Shown piece by piece: positions 36,381 through 48,370 of a stretch of 64,000 nt of DNA. Under the pieces are notes generated by a model. It saw only the letters and a list, made by a program, of their open reading frames with translations. It ran no database searches and was not told the DNA's origin. Every line of letters begins with the position of its first letter. Within the stretch, counting starts at the first letter, position 1. The position numbers were made by a program, and so were the translations under genes. Location: NCBI RefSeq assembly GCF_988242995.1, contig NZ_OZ547043.1; one strand, given 5' to 3'.

Positions 36381-37486
36381 CGCGTCAGCTTAAGCGCAGT
36401 CTTCGGTACACAGCTACAGCAAAGAATGGTGCCATCATCGCCCATTGCTGATTTTTTCAGCGGCGTGACTTCGCCTTCTAAAAGCTGAACACGGCAACTT
36501 CCACAAATGCCCACGCGGCAAGAATAAGGGATACGAATTCCCTGATTTTCTAATTGCTCCAGCAACACTTGTTGGTTATTTCCACGAAATGCCTGTCCCT
36601 GCCAGTCAATATCTACATTTGCGTCCGGTTGTTGCGTGATGTTGGCGGTATCATCAGCGGCAGCTGCGCCGTAAATTTTTGCCGGAGCCGTTGCCAGAAT
36701 TTCCACCTCATCGCCAACGCGAATCACGCCGCTATTACGGGCAATTAAATTCTGACCAAAATCGACATCGCCGTTATCCTGGGCAGTGCGGAAAGATTGC
36801 AATGTTTTTAATGGTTCGCCTGCCGGATGTTTTTGCCCTTTTTCTGGACTGACGGTGGTGAAAATACAGCGGCTACAAGGTTTAACCACATCAAACACCA
36901 CATCACCAATGCGAATCACTTTCCAGCTATCTTCTTCCCAGGCTGACGCGCCGGAAACCACCAGATTGGGGCGGAATTGCTCCATTTTTACACTGGCCGG
37001 ACAACGTTGTTGGAGATCACGTAACGAGGCTTCGTTAGCAAGAAGGTAAGGATAGCCATCAGCAAATGACAGGGGTACAGTGTTGTGGCGTTTCACGCGC
37101 CGCGTCATTTGTGGCCCCACCCAGCGCAACTGCACTTCGCGGGAGAAAAATCCACTTAGCCATTTGTTGATCGCGTCTGGTGCAATTCGCGCGGTAAAAT
37201 GTGTGCCCCAAACTTCGGTTGGTGCGTCTTGTGTGGCGAAATCAGCAAAACGAACATATGCGCTACTGCCATCTGGTGCGGTGAGATGCAAGCCATCATG
37301 CACAGGTGAAGGAGTAAACCGTACCATCTGGGGAAACTGGCGAGCGGTAATAAACGTACCGTCAGGTTCCGTGATCATATAGATGCGATCGAAGGCCAGA
37401 CCACTGACATCTGCCAGAGCATGTGTAAGACCAATGCCGCGCATCGATTTAACAGGATGAATATAAAGCCGGGTTAATGTCGCCAC
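36377..37486 (-). CDS. ycbX: MOSC-domain 2Fe-2S protein YcbX
   Basis: 369 aa; C-terminal ferredoxin-like cysteines CRVGICGSC...CC. Confidence 0.92.
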   Translation of the reverse strand: MATLTRLYIHPVKSMRGIGLTHALADVSGLAFDRIYMITEPDGTFITARQFPQMVRFTPSPVHDGLHLTAPDGSSAYVRFADFATQDAPTEVWGTHFTARIAPDAINKWLSGFFSREVQLRWVGPQMTRRVKRHNTVPLSFADGYPYLLANEASLRDLQQRCPASVKMEQFRPNLVVSGASAWEEDSWKVIRIGDVVFDVVKPCSRCIFTTVSPEKGQKHPAGEPLKTLQSFRTAQDNGDVDFGQNLIARNSGVIRVGDEVEILATAPAKIYGAAAADDTANITQQPDANVDIDWQGQAFRGNNQQVLLEQLENQGIRIPYSCRVGICGSCRVQLLEGEVTPLKKSAMGDDGTILCCSCVPKTALKLTR

Positions 37487-37729
37487 GGTGCGGTCCTCAA
37501 ATGAAAATAAGCCCTCAACTTTATGACATGACGCGCTTATTAGCTATAATGCGCAACAATTTTCTTAGCGCCTGTCCCATTAGGCTATTTTATTTGTCAG
37601 TTTGGCCCAGGGAAGTGCTCGAAATCCTCACGTACTTGTGTACGCTCCGGTTTCTCCGCGCTGTCCATGTCCAGACTGACTGCAACAATTACGCCTACTG
37701 CGGTAGGCTCTTAGAGTAAAAGTGACGAT

Positions 37730-39838
37730 ATGAATTCTCTGTTTGCCAGTACGGCCCGTGGGCTGGAAGAGCTGTTAAAAACTGAACTGGAAAACCTGGG
37801 GGCCGTTGAATGCCAGGTGGTTCAGGGTGGGGTCCATTTCAAGGGCGACACACGGCTTGTTTACCAGAGCCTGATGTGGAGCCGCCTGGCCTCGCGTATT
37901 ATGTTGCCGCTGGGCGAGTGTAAGGTTTACAGCGATTTAGACCTCTATCTCGGTGTTCAGGCGATCAACTGGACAGAGATGTTTAATCCTGGCGCGACCT
38001 TCGCTGTCCACTTCAGTGGTTTGAATGACACCATCCGCAACAGTCAGTACGGTGCGATGAAAGTGAAAGACGCGATTGTCGATGCTTTCACGCGGAAAAA
38101 TCTGCCGCGTCCAAATGTTGATCGCGATGCGCCGGATATTCGCGTTAACGTCTGGCTGCATAAAGAAACCGCCAGTATCGCCCTTGATCTCAGTGGTGAT
38201 GGTTTACATCTGCGTGGCTATCGCGATCGTGCTGGTATTGCGCCGATCAAAGAAACCCTGGCAGCCGCGATTGTTATGCGATCCGGCTGGCAGCCAGGAA
38301 CACCGCTGCTCGATCCGATGTGTGGTTCCGGTACGTTGCTGATTGAAGCGGCGATGCTGGCGACCGATCGCGCACCAGGCTTGCACCGTGGGCGTTGGGG
38401 CTTTAGCGGCTGGGCGCAGCATGATGAAGCTATCTGGCAGGAAGTGAAAGCGGAAGCGCAAACTCGCGCCCGTAAAGGTCTGGCTGAGTACAACTCTCAT
38501 TTCTACGGTTCCGACAGCGATGCGCGGGTGATTCAACGTGCGCGCACCAACGCCCGTCTTGCGGGGATTGGCGAACTGATCACTTTTGAAGTGAAAGATG
38601 TTGCGCAACTGACCAATCCGCTGCCGAAAGGGCCATACGGTACAGTGTTGAGCAACCCGCCTTACGGTGAACGTCTGGACAGCGAACCGGCGCTGATTGC
38701 GCTGCATAGTCTGCTGGGCCGAATCATGAAAAACCAGTTCGGTGGCTGGAATCTCTCTTTGTTTAGTGCCTCGCCGGATCTGCTCAGCTGCCTGCAGCTG
38801 CGTGCAGACAAACAGTACAAGGCGAAAAACGGCCCGCTGGACTGCGTACAGAAAAATTACCACGTTGCCGAAAGCACTCCAGACAGCAAACCGGCGATGG
38901 TAGCGGAAGACTACGCTAACCGCCTGCGTAAGAACCTCAAAAAATTCGAGAAGTGGGCTCGCCAGGAAGGGATTGAATGTTACCGCCTGTATGACGCCGA
39001 TCTGCCGGAATATAACGTTGCCGTTGATCGTTATGCCGACTGGGTGGTGGTGCAGGAGTATGCGCCGCCAAAAACTATTGATGCGCACAAAGCGCGTCAG
39101 CGTCTGTTCGATATTATCGCTGCAACCATTTCGGTACTGGGGATTGCGCCAAACAAACTGGTGCTGAAAACCCGTGAACGCCAGAAGGGCAAAAATCAGT
39201 ACCAGAAACTGGGCGAGAAGGGCGAGTTTCTGGAAGTTACCGAATATAACGCTCACTTGTGGGTGAATCTGACGGATTACCTCGATACCGGTCTGTTCCT
39301 CGATCACCGTATCGCCCGTCGTATGCTCGGCCAGATGAGCAAAGGCAAAGATTTCCTCAACCTGTTCTCTTATACCGGCAGCGCCACCGTGCATGCGGGA
39401 TTAGGCGGTGCACGCAGCACCACCACCGTGGATATGTCGCGTACTTATCTGGAGTGGGCAGAACGCAACCTGCGTCTGAATGGCCTAACCGGGCGTGCGC
39501 ATCGCCTGATTCAGGCCGATTGCCTGGCGTGGCTGCGTGATGCAAATGAACAGTTCGATCTGATCTTTATCGATCCGCCAACCTTCTCTAACTCAAAACG
39601 AATGGAAGATGCGTTTGATGTTCAGCGCGATCATCTGGCGCTGATGAAAGATTTGAAACGTCTGCTGCGTGCAGGCGGGACGATCATGTTCTCGAACAAC
39701 AAACGTGGCTTCCGTATGGATCTTGACGGACTGGCAAAACTAGGACTGAAAGCACAAGAAATTACGCAAAAAACGCTCTCCCAGGATTTCGCCCGTAACC
39801 GCCAGATCCACAACTGCTGGCTGATTACCGCAGCCTGA
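37730..39838 (+). CDS. rlmL: Bifunctional 23S rRNA methyltransferase RlmL/RlmK (YcbY)
   Basis: 702 aa; two SAM-MTase modules ([14 protein letters not shown]; NPPYGER). Confidence 0.95.
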   Translation: MNSLFASTARGLEELLKTELENLGAVECQVVQGGVHFKGDTRLVYQSLMWSRLASRIMLPLGECKVYSDLDLYLGVQAINWTEMFNPGATFAVHFSGLNDTIRNSQYGAMKVKDAIVDAFTRKNLPRPNVDRDAPDIRVNVWLHKETASIALDLSGDGLHLRGYRDRAGIAPIKETLAAAIVMRSGWQPGTPLLDPMCGSGTLLIEAAMLATDRAPGLHRGRWGFSGWAQHDEAIWQEVKAEAQTRARKGLAEYNSHFYGSDSDARVIQRARTNARLAGIGELITFEVKDVAQLTNPLPKGPYGTVLSNPPYGERLDSEPALIALHSLLGRIMKNQFGGWNLSLFSASPDLLSCLQLRADKQYKAKNGPLDCVQKNYHVAESTPDSKPAMVAEDYANRLRKNLKKFEKWARQEGIECYRLYDADLPEYNVAVDRYADWVVVQEYAPPKTIDAHKARQRLFDIIAATISVLGIAPNKLVLKTRERQKGKNQYQKLGEKGEFLEVTEYNAHLWVNLTDYLDTGLFLDHRIARRMLGQMSKGKDFLNLFSYTGSATVHAGLGGARSTTTVDMSRTYLEWAERNLRLNGLTGRAHRLIQADCLAWLRDANEQFDLIFIDPPTFSNSKRMEDAFDVQRDHLALMKDLKRLLRAGGTIMFSNNKRGFRMDLDGLAKLGLKAQEITQKTLSQDFARNRQIHNCWLITAA

Positions 39839-39849
39839 AAGGAATAGTA

Positions 39850-41757
39850 ATGTCATTAATCAGTATGCATGGCGCATGGCTGTCGTTCAGCGACGCGCCG
39901 CTTCTCGATAACGCAGAACTGCATATCGAAGATAACGAACGTGTTTGTCTGGTAGGCCGTAACGGCGCAGGCAAATCGACGTTAATGAAAATCCTCAACC
40001 GTGAACAGGGGCTGGATGACGGTCGCATTATTTACGAGCAAGATTTGATTGTCGCTCGTCTGCAACAGGATCCGCCGCGTAACGTTGAGGGTAGCGTTTA
40101 TGATTTCGTTGCCGAAGGCATTGAAGAACAAGCGGAATACCTGAAACGCTATCACGATATTTCGCGCCTGGTGATGAACGACCCGAGCGAGAAAAATCTC
40201 AACGAACTGGCGAAGGTTCAGGAACAGTTGGATCACCACAACCTGTGGCAGCTGGAAAACCGCATTAACGAAGTGCTGGCGCAACTGGGGTTAGATCCTA
40301 ACGTTGCGCTGTCGTCGCTTTCCGGCGGCTGGTTGCGTAAAGCGGCATTAGGACGCGCGCTGGTGAGCAATCCGCGCGTATTGCTGCTCGACGAACCGAC
40401 TAACCACCTGGATATCGAAACCATCGACTGGCTGGAAGGATTCCTTAAAACCTTCAATGGGACGATAATTTTCATCTCCCACGACCGTTCGTTTATCCGC
40501 AATATGGCGACGCGCATTGTTGATCTCGATCGCGGCAAACTTGTGACCTATCCAGGGAATTACGACCAGTACCTGCTGGAAAAAGAAGAAGCTCTGCGTG
40601 TGGAAGAACTACAAAATGCCGAGTTCGATCGCAAACTGGCGCAGGAAGAGGTGTGGATCCGCCAGGGGATCAAAGCACGCCGTACCCGTAATGAAGGCCG
40701 CGTACGCGCCCTGAAAGCAATGCGTCGCGAGCGTGGCGAACGTCGCGAAGTGATGGGTACCGCAAAGATGCAGGTGGAAGAGGCCAGCCGCTCCGGTAAG
40801 ATCGTTTTCGAAATGGAAGACGTTTGCTACCAGGTCGACGGTAAGCAACTGGTGAAAGATTTTTCTGCCCAGGTTCTACGTGGCGACAAAATTGCCCTGA
40901 TTGGTCCGAATGGATGCGGCAAAACCACGCTGCTGAAACTGATGCTCGGTCAGCTTCAGGCGGACAGCGGGCGTATTCACGTTGGCACCAAACTGGAAGT
41001 GGCTTATTTCGATCAGCACCGTGCGGAACTGGATCCCGATAAAACGGTGATGGATAACCTTGCTGAAGGTAAGCAAGAGGTGATGGTTAACGGCAAGCCA
41101 CGCCATGTTTTGGGCTATTTGCAGGACTTCCTGTTCCATCCGAAACGGGCGATGACGCCGGTACGTGCGCTTTCTGGCGGTGAGCGTAACCGCTTGTTGT
41201 TGGCGCGTTTGTTCCTCAAACCAAGCAACTTATTGATTCTTGACGAACCGACCAACGATCTTGATGTTGAAACGCTGGAACTGCTGGAAGAACTGATCGA
41301 CAGCTACCAGGGCACGGTATTGCTGGTGAGCCACGATCGTCAGTTTGTCGATAACACCGTTACAGAATGCTGGATCTTCGAAGGCGGCGGTAAAATTGGT
41401 CGTTATGTCGGCGGTTATCATGATGCCCGTGGTCAGCAAGAACAGTATGTGGCGCTCAAACAGCCTGCGGTGAAAAAAATCGAAGAAGCCGCCGCGCCAA
41501 AAGCAGAAACTGTAAAACGCAGCAGTAGCAAACTAAGCTATAAATTGCAGCGCGAACTGGAGCAGCTACCGCAATTGCTCGAAGATCTGGAGGCGAAGCT
41601 GGAAGCCCTACAGACGCAGGTGGCGGATGCTTCCTTCTTCAGTCAGCCGCATGAGCAGACGCAAAAAGTGCTCGCCGATATGGCTGCTGCAGAGCAGGAG
41701 CTGGAGCAAGCCTTTGAACGCTGGGAGTATCTTGAAGCGTTAAAAAATGGTGGCTGA
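39850..41757 (+). CDS. uup: ABC-F family ATPase Uup
   Basis: 635 aa; tandem ABC cassettes (GRNGAGKST/LSGGWLRKAALGRAL and GPNGCGKTT/LSGGERNRLLLARLF), C-terminal coiled coil. Confidence 0.96.
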   Translation: MSLISMHGAWLSFSDAPLLDNAELHIEDNERVCLVGRNGAGKSTLMKILNREQGLDDGRIIYEQDLIVARLQQDPPRNVEGSVYDFVAEGIEEQAEYLKRYHDISRLVMNDPSEKNLNELAKVQEQLDHHNLWQLENRINEVLAQLGLDPNVALSSLSGGWLRKAALGRALVSNPRVLLLDEPTNHLDIETIDWLEGFLKTFNGTIIFISHDRSFIRNMATRIVDLDRGKLVTYPGNYDQYLLEKEEALRVEELQNAEFDRKLAQEEVWIRQGIKARRTRNEGRVRALKAMRRERGERREVMGTAKMQVEEASRSGKIVFEMEDVCYQVDGKQLVKDFSAQVLRGDKIALIGPNGCGKTTLLKLMLGQLQADSGRIHVGTKLEVAYFDQHRAELDPDKTVMDNLAEGKQEVMVNGKPRHVLGYLQDFLFHPKRAMTPVRALSGGERNRLLLARLFLKPSNLLILDEPTNDLDVETLELLEELIDSYQGTVLLVSHDRQFVDNTVTECWIFEGGGKIGRYVGGYHDARGQQEQYVALKQPAVKKIEEAAAPKAETVKRSSSKLSYKLQRELEQLPQLLEDLEAKLEALQTQVADASFFSQPHEQTQKVLADMAAAEQELEQAFERWEYLEALKNGG

Positions 41758-41886
41758 TCGCAAAATAGTCGATTTAAACAGAGACAGCTGACAACGGTAA
41801 AATTGCCTGATGAACTGGGTTTATCAGGCATGAAAACCAACACTTTGTTAGTCATCTGTAAAATAGCGCATCATTAAGGAGTACCA

Positions 41887-43140
41887 ATGTGCGAACATCA
41901 TCATGCCGCGAAGCACATCCTGTGCTCGCAGTGTGACATGCTGGTGGCGTTACCGCGCCTTGAGCATGGTCAGAAAGCGGCATGTCCCCGGTGTGGCACA
42001 ACGTTAACCGTGGCGTGGGATGCCCCTCGGCAGCGTCCCACCGCCTATGCGTTGGCTGCACTGTTCATGCTGTTGCTGTCCAACTTGTTTCCTTTTGTGA
42101 ATATGAACGTTGCAGGAGTTACCAGTGAAATTACATTACTGGAAATTCCCGGCGTGCTTTTTTCTGAGGACTACGCCAGCCTCGGCACCTTTTTCCTGTT
42201 GTTTGTGCAACTGGTTCCCGCGTTTTGTCTGATAACCATTCTGTTACTGGTGAATCGCGCGGAATTACCGGTCCGTTTAAAAGAGCAACTGGCACGGGTG
42301 CTTTTTCAACTCAAAACCTGGGGAATGGCGGAGATTTTCCTCGCGGGTGTGCTGGTCAGTTTCGTTAAACTGATGGCTTACGGCAGCATTGGTGTAGGCA
42401 GCAGCTTTCTCCCATGGTGTTTATTTTGTGTCCTGCAACTGCGCGCTTTTCAGTGCGTTGATCGTCGCTGGTTATGGGATGACATCGCCCCGATGCCAGA
42501 ACTGCGCCAGCCGCTAAAACCAGGCGTCACGGGGATACGTCAGGGGCTGCGTTCTTGCTCCTGTTGTACGGCAATCCTTCCTGCTGACGAACCCGTATGC
42601 CCGCGCTGTAGTACCAAAGGGTACGTTCGGCGTAGAAACAGCCTGCAATGGACACTCGCGCTGCTTGTTACGTCCATCATGCTGTATCTTCCGGCTAATA
42701 TTTTGCCCATCATGGTGACGGATTTATTAGGCTCGAAGATGCCGTCGACGATTCTCGCTGGGGTCATCCTGTTATGGAGCGAAGGATCTTATCCCGTCGC
42801 TGCGGTTATCTTTCTGGCCAGTATTATGGTGCCAACGTTAAAGATGATCGCCATAGCGTGGTTGTGTTGGGATGCCAAAGGGCATGGCAAGCGCGACAGT
42901 GAAAGAATGCATTTGATTTATGAAGTTGTTGAGTTTGTAGGCCGCTGGTCGATGATTGACGTTTTCGTTATCGCGGTGCTCTCGGCGCTGGTGCGTATGG
43001 GAGGTTTAATGAGTATTTATCCGGCAATGGGTGCATTAATGTTTGCTTTAGTCGTCATAATGACAATGTTTTCTGCTATGACGTTTGACCCACGTTTGTC
43101 GTGGGATCGTCAACCTGAATCAGAGCATGAGGAGTCCTGA
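41887..43140 (+). CDS. pqiA: Paraquat-inducible membrane protein PqiA
   Basis: 417 aa; duplicated CxxC...CPRC modules, multiple TM segments. Confidence 0.94.
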   Translation: MCEHHHAAKHILCSQCDMLVALPRLEHGQKAACPRCGTTLTVAWDAPRQRPTAYALAALFMLLLSNLFPFVNMNVAGVTSEITLLEIPGVLFSEDYASLGTFFLLFVQLVPAFCLITILLLVNRAELPVRLKEQLARVLFQLKTWGMAEIFLAGVLVSFVKLMAYGSIGVGSSFLPWCLFCVLQLRAFQCVDRRWLWDDIAPMPELRQPLKPGVTGIRQGLRSCSCCTAILPADEPVCPRCSTKGYVRRRNSLQWTLALLVTSIMLYLPANILPIMVTDLLGSKMPSTILAGVILLWSEGSYPVAAVIFLASIMVPTLKMIAIAWLCWDAKGHGKRDSERMHLIYEVVEFVGRWSMIDVFVIAVLSALVRMGGLMSIYPAMGALMFALVVIMTMFSAMTFDPRLSWDRQPESEHEES

Positions 43141-43144
43141 CAGT

Positions 43145-44785
43145 ATGGAATCTAATAATGGGGAAGCCAAAATCCAGAAAGTGAAGAACTGGTCTCCCGT
43201 GTGGATATTTCCTATCGTCACGGCGCTCATTGGGGCCTGGGTTCTTTTTTATCATTACAGCCATCAGGGGCCGGAAGTGACCCTGATCACCGCGAATGCG
43301 GAAGGAATAGAAGGTGGTAAAACCACCATTAAAAGCCGTAGCGTTGACGTCGGCGTGGTTGAAAGCGCCACACTGGCTGATGATTTGACGCACGTTGAAA
43401 TCAAAGCGCGGCTGAATTCCGGTATGGAAAAATTGCTGCATAAAGATACCGTCTTTTGGGTGGTTAAACCGCAGATTGGTCGAGAAGGGATTAGCGGCCT
43501 GGGAACGCTGCTGTCTGGTGTTTATATCGAACTGCAGCCAGGCGCGAAAGGCAGCAAAATGGATAAATACGATTTGCTGGACTCACCACCGTTGGCCCCG
43601 CCTGATGCGAAAGGTATCCGTGTGATTCTCGATAGCAAAAAAGCCGGGCAGCTCTCGCCAGGAGATCCCGTGCTGTTCCGTGGCTATCGGGTAGGTTCGG
43701 TTGAAACCAGCACCTTCGATACGCAAAAACGCAATATCAGCTATCAACTGTTCATCAATGCACCTTATGACCGACTGGTGACCAGCAATGTTCGCTTCTG
43801 GAAAGATAGTGGCATTGCGGTTGATCTGACGTCAGCGGGGATGCGTGTGGAGATGGGCTCATTGACAACGCTGCTTAGTGGCGGTGTCAGCTTTGATGTG
43901 CCGGAAGGTCTGGATTTAGGGCAGCCAGTGGCACCGAAAACAGCTTTCGTTTTGTATGATGATCAGAAGAGCATTCAGGATTCGTTGTACACCGATCACA
44001 TTGATTATCTGATGTTCTTTAAAGATTCGGTACGCGGTCTGCAACCGGGAGCTCCGGTAGAATTCCGGGGTATTCGCCTGGGTACCGTAAGCAAAGTGCC
44101 ATTCTTTGCGCCGAATATGCGTCAGACATTTAACGATGATTACCGTATTCCGGTACTGATTCGTATCGAGCCAGAGCGGCTGAAAATGCAGCTTGGCGAA
44201 AATGCGGATGTTGTTGAGCACCTTGGCGAATTGTTGAAACGTGGTTTACGCGGATCGCTGAAAACCGGAAACCTGGTCACTGGTGCACTGTATGTTGATC
44301 TCGATTTCTATCCAAATACGCCTGCAATAACCGGTATTCGTGAATTTAATGGTTATCAGATTATCCCGACCGTTAGCGGCGGTCTGGCGCAAATCCAGCA
44401 ACGACTGATGGAAGCGTTGGATAAGATCAACAAACTGCCATTGAATCCGATGATTGAACAGGCAACCAGTACGCTTTCTGAAAGTCAGCGCACAATGAAA
44501 AACCTGCAAACGACGCTGGATAGCATGAACAAGATCCTCGCCAGCCAGTCGATGCAGCAGTTACCGACGGATATGCAGTCAACGTTGCGTGAATTGAATC
44601 GCAGTATGCAGGGCTTCCAGCCTGGCTCCGCAGCCTACAACAAGATGGTGGCGGATATGCAGCGACTTGATCAGGTGTTGCGAGAACTGCAACCGGTGCT
44701 GAAAACGCTCAACGAGAAGAGTAACGCGCTGGTATTTGAAGCGAAGGACAAAAAAGATCCAGAGCCGAAGAGGGCGAAACAATGA
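43145..44785 (+). CDS. pqiB: MCE-domain intermembrane transport protein PqiB
   Basis: 546 aa from MESNNGEAKIQKVKNWSPVWIF; N-terminal TM anchor, three MCE repeats, C-terminal helical region. Confidence 0.94.
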   Translation: MESNNGEAKIQKVKNWSPVWIFPIVTALIGAWVLFYHYSHQGPEVTLITANAEGIEGGKTTIKSRSVDVGVVESATLADDLTHVEIKARLNSGMEKLLHKDTVFWVVKPQIGREGISGLGTLLSGVYIELQPGAKGSKMDKYDLLDSPPLAPPDAKGIRVILDSKKAGQLSPGDPVLFRGYRVGSVETSTFDTQKRNISYQLFINAPYDRLVTSNVRFWKDSGIAVDLTSAGMRVEMGSLTTLLSGGVSFDVPEGLDLGQPVAPKTAFVLYDDQKSIQDSLYTDHIDYLMFFKDSVRGLQPGAPVEFRGIRLGTVSKVPFFAPNMRQTFNDDYRIPVLIRIEPERLKMQLGENADVVEHLGELLKRGLRGSLKTGNLVTGALYVDLDFYPNTPAITGIREFNGYQIIPTVSGGLAQIQQRLMEALDKINKLPLNPMIEQATSTLSESQRTMKNLQTTLDSMNKILASQSMQQLPTDMQSTLRELNRSMQGFQPGSAAYNKMVADMQRLDQVLRELQPVLKTLNEKSNALVFEAKDKKDPEPKRAKQ

Positions 44786-45345
44786 AAAAGTGGCTAGTGA
44801 CGATTGCAGCACTGTGGCTGGCCGGATGCAGCTCCGGCGAAATTAATAAAAACTATTACCAGTTACCTGTGGTGCAGAGCGGTACACAAAGTACCGCCAG
44901 CCAGGGTAATCGCCTGTTATGGGTAGAGCAGGTCACTGTTCCTGACTATCTGGCGGGAAATGGTGTGGTTTATCAAACCAGTGATGTGAAGTATGTGATT
45001 GCCAACAACAACTTGTGGGCCAGCCCATTGGATCAACAGTTGCGCAACACCCTGGTTGCCAACCTGAGCACGCAACTGCCCGGCTGGGTGGTTGCCTCCC
45101 AGCCTCTGGGAAGCGCCCAGGACACGCTCAATGTTACCGTAACGGAGTTTAACGGTCGCTATGATGGCAAGGTCATTGTCAGTGGGGAGTGGCTGTTGAA
45201 CCACCAGGGACAACTGATCAAACGTCCGTTCCGTCTGGAAGGGGTGCAAACTCAGGATGGTTACGATGAAATGGTTAAAGTGCTGGCCAGTGTCTGGAGT
45301 CAGGAAGCCGCTTCTATTGCGCAAGAGATAAAGCGTCTACCTTAA
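44782..45345 (+). CDS. pqiC: Lipoprotein PqiC (YmbA)
   Basis: 187 aa; lipobox LAGCSS; overlaps pqiB stop. Confidence 0.92.
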   Translation: MKKWLVTIAALWLAGCSSGEINKNYYQLPVVQSGTQSTASQGNRLLWVEQVTVPDYLAGNGVVYQTSDVKYVIANNNLWASPLDQQLRNTLVANLSTQLPGWVVASQPLGSAQDTLNVTVTEFNGRYDGKVIVSGEWLLNHQGQLIKRPFRLEGVQTQDGYDEMVKVLASVWSQEAASIAQEIKRLP

Positions 45346-45366
45346 TTATAAAGATTTGTAAATATA

Positions 45367-45405
45367 ACCGCCTCCGGTATGTTGCCTGAGGCGGTTTTTT
45401 TGTTT
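45367..45405 (+). terminator. Rho-independent terminator after pqiC
   Basis: accgcctc...gaggcggt hairpin followed by T8. Confidence 0.8.
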
Positions 45406-45600
45406 CTAAGGTGCGGAAAAAGTTGTTCCTCTTCACATTTTTTGTACAACTGACATGCCCGTGTAGCTCACAAATATGACAGTGGCGTGAATTTTGCGCA
45501 TTGACGGCAGTTATGATTCGCGGTATTGCTTAACTGTGATTGCACATTTAGTAATCACTGTTTTCTTTTCCACCAGAAACCAGTATGAGGGAAACGAGGC

Positions 45601-45768
45601 ATGAAGAGACAAAAACGAGATCGCCTGGAACGGGCACATCAACGTGGTTATCAGGCCGGCATCGCCGGACGCTCAAAAGAAATGTGTCCCTATCAGACGC
45701 TGAATCAAAGGTCACAATGGCTGGGAGGCTGGCGAGAAGCCATGGCGGACAGGGTAGTAATGGCCTGA
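45601..45768 (+). CDS. rmf: Ribosome modulation factor RMF
   Basis: 55 aa: MKRQKRDRLERAHQRGYQAGIAGRSKEMCPYQTLNQRSQWLGGWREAMADRVVMA; below the 60-aa cutoff of the ORF track; the track's 45585..45782 ORF is a different frame. Confidence 0.95.
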   Translation: MKRQKRDRLERAHQRGYQAGIAGRSKEMCPYQTLNQRSQWLGGWREAMADRVVMA

Positions 45769-45780
45769 TTCTGTCTCTTT

Positions 45781-45817
45781 AAAAAGAAACCTCCGCATTG
45801 CGGAGGTTTCGCCTTTT
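45781..45817. terminator. Bidirectional intrinsic terminator shared by rmf and fabA
   Basis: aaacctccgc-att-gcggaggttt hairpin flanked by A-run and T-run. Confidence 0.85.
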
Positions 45818-45837
45818 GATACTATGTCTGATTATAA

Positions 45838-46356
45838 TCAGAAGGCAGACGTATCCTGGAACAGACCGACTTTCAGGTCGCTGGCGGTATAGATCAAACG
45901 ACCATCAACCAGCACTTCGCCATCCGCCAGGCCCATAATCAGACGACGGTTAACAATGCGTTTAAAGTGAATACGGTAGGTCACTTTTTTCGCTGTCGGC
46001 AGTACCTGACCAGTGAATTTCACTTCGCCAACGCCCAGCGCGCGGCCTTTACCTTCGCCGCCCAGCCAGCCGAGGTAGAACCCTACCAGCTGCCACATTG
46101 CGTCCAGGCCCAGGCATCCCGGCATAACCGGATCGCCAATAAAGTGGCATCCGAAGAACCACAGATCCGGATTGATATCCAGTTCTGCTTCAACATACCC
46201 TTTGTCGAAGTTACCACCCGTTTCGGTCATTTTGACCACACGGTCCATCATCAGCATGTTCGGTGCTGGCAATTGCGGGCCTTTAGCGCCAAACAGTTCA
46301 CCGCGACCAGAGGCAAGAAGGTCTTCTTTTGTATAGGATTCGCGTTTATCTACCAT
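45838..46356 (-). CDS. fabA: 3-hydroxydecanoyl-ACP dehydratase/isomerase FabA
   Basis: 172 aa from [14 protein letters not shown]; hotdog fold with active-site region [14 protein letters not shown]; track ORF over-extended upstream. Confidence 0.96.
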
Positions 46357-46394
46357 GTTCTCTGTAAGCCTTATTTTATTGAAGCACGCAGGAT

Positions 46395-46431
46395 AGCTAA
46401 CACGTGTACGCTGAACAAGTCCGATCAGTTC
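46395..46431 (-). promoter_or_regulatory. fabA promoter operators: FabR palindrome and FadR site
   Basis: Minus strand reads AACTGATCGGACTTGTTC (FadR-type site) then AGCGTACACGTGTTAGCT (FabR palindrome) 40-75 bp upstream of fabA ATG; overlaps 3' end of ycbZ. Confidence 0.6.
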
Positions 46432-48185
46432 GGAATAAACCAGTTCAGCCAACGTAATGGCCATGGAAAACGGTGACGTCCTTCCTGTTGCGATGCTTGC
46501 GCGATACGTTCCTGGATGGTTTGCATCAGCGTCGTTTGGCCTTCGCCATCCCACACCAGATTTAATAATAACGGCAGTGCGTCAGTCACATCGTCTACTG
46601 CCCAGATGGTGAATTTGCCTTCCTCTACCGCTTTCAACAGTTCACTGGGAAGACTTAAATGGCGAACGTTAGCAGTGGGGATAATGACACCTTGTTTCCC
46701 GGTTAACTCACGTTGCTGGCAAATAGCAAAGAAGCCTTCGATTTTCTCATTTAAACCACCGACCGGCTGGGCACGACCGAACTGATCGACTGAACCTGTG
46801 ATAGCGATACTCTGATTCACCGGCACATCGGCGAGGGCGCTTATCAGGGCGCAGAGTTCAGCCATCGAGGCACTATCGCCATCCACTTCACTGTATGACT
46901 GCTCAAATGTCAGCGATGCTGAGAAGGGGATCTGTTGCTCAAGCTGTAGTTCCGACATCAGGAACGCCTGCATGATCATCATCCCTTTCGCATGGATATT
47001 GCCGCCAAGCTCCGCTTTGCGTTCGATGTCGGTGAACTCACCATCGCCAATATGCACAACGCAGCTAATGCGAGAAGGTTCGCCAAAAGCGCGTGGATGA
47101 CCCGGAAATTCAATGACCGAAAGGGCGTTAATTTGCCCGATGCGTTCGCCTTCGGTTTCAATCAGGATTTGCTCCTGAAGAATCTCATCCTGCATGCGTT
47201 CAGCGAGGAAACCTTCGCGCCATTCACGCTGCTGTAGCATTAAGTTTAGCTGCTCGCCGGAGAAGGTGTCGCCATCGCACAGGGAGGCGACCTCTTTACA
47301 CTGGCGGAGGATCCACTGCGGGCTAAGCGGAAGTGTTTCTTGTTCACCGGTGTAGCGGGCTGCTTCGCGGATAAGTACCGGCCAGGCATCCGCTCCCGGT
47401 GCAGGTAAGTGATTATGTCTGGCGGTCAATGTTACCCAGCGACACCACTGGCTTACTGACTCCGCATCGACAATCTGCAGAGTATCTTCAAATTCGCTAT
47501 AAATAGCCTGCTCTGAAAGCTCTGGCTCCATCTCCTGGAAATCAGCCAATGATTCGCGTTCGCCTACCAGAATGACTTTCAGCTTCAATGGCATCGAAGG
47601 CACAGAGACGGGGAGAGGGCGCGACTCATCAAACGCAACCCAGTCAAAACGCTCGCGGTTAACGATATTTTTCAGCCGCATCCACAGCAGAGGTTGCGCC
47701 AGCAGTGTACGCAAAGAGATGATGAGAATACCGCCATTTGCCTGATGCACCAGACCTGGCTGCAGGGTAATGTCGCCATTAAACTGGCGCAGGCAGCCAA
47801 AGAGTTGTTCCGCTTCTACCCAGTCGGCAGCGACAACTTGCGTTAAAGTCGCAAAATTATCATCTGCACTCACTGCGTTACGTAAGCGGATGGTGTGCCC
47901 GGAAACCTCATAGTGACCGCCCACCAGTTGGCCTGCATCGCTTTGTAGCGCACGCGCGGCATCGGCAATAAGATTCAGATACTCAGACTCTTCCGGGGCC
48001 TTCGCCAGCATAAAAGAGGAGGATGCTCGCGTATGCAGCAACTGCTCCAGCGCAAATTGCAGTCGCGGTTGAGTATCACTGAATAAAGGATCGTTTTCGT
48101 CAATCAAATGTGGCTGAGCAAATATTTCCTGATAGCTATCGGTATCAGGAACCAGGTCACGCCATGCAAGTTTCGTAATGGTCAA
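46425..48185 (-). CDS. ycbZ: Lon-like ATP-independent protease homolog YcbZ
   Basis: 586 aa; C-terminal Lon protease-type Ser-Lys domain; N-terminal region lacks canonical AAA+ Walker motifs. Confidence 0.9.
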
Positions 48186-48370
48186 AGTTGATGTTTTTTA
48201 GTCTGTTGTCAAAGCCGCGATTATACCGTAACCGGCACTGCAGCACACGTAGAAAGCACCGACAATACTCCTGGCATGGGCGTTAAAGCTCACAGGATGG
48301 AGATTCTTTTCTTCACTGGCCCAAAAAGCTGATATTCTGTAAAGAGTTACACGGTAACATTGAGATCGCT

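Noticed and set aside
38204-39394. 396-aa ORF antisense to rlmL
   Set aside because: It lies entirely inside the conserved rlmL CDS on the opposite strand with no intergenic start context. Long antisense frames are common in GC-balanced genes.
45585-45782. 65-aa track ORF in the rmf region
   Set aside because: It is a different reading frame from the real gene. The true CDS is the 55-aa rmf at 45601..45768, which the track missed because it is under 60 aa.
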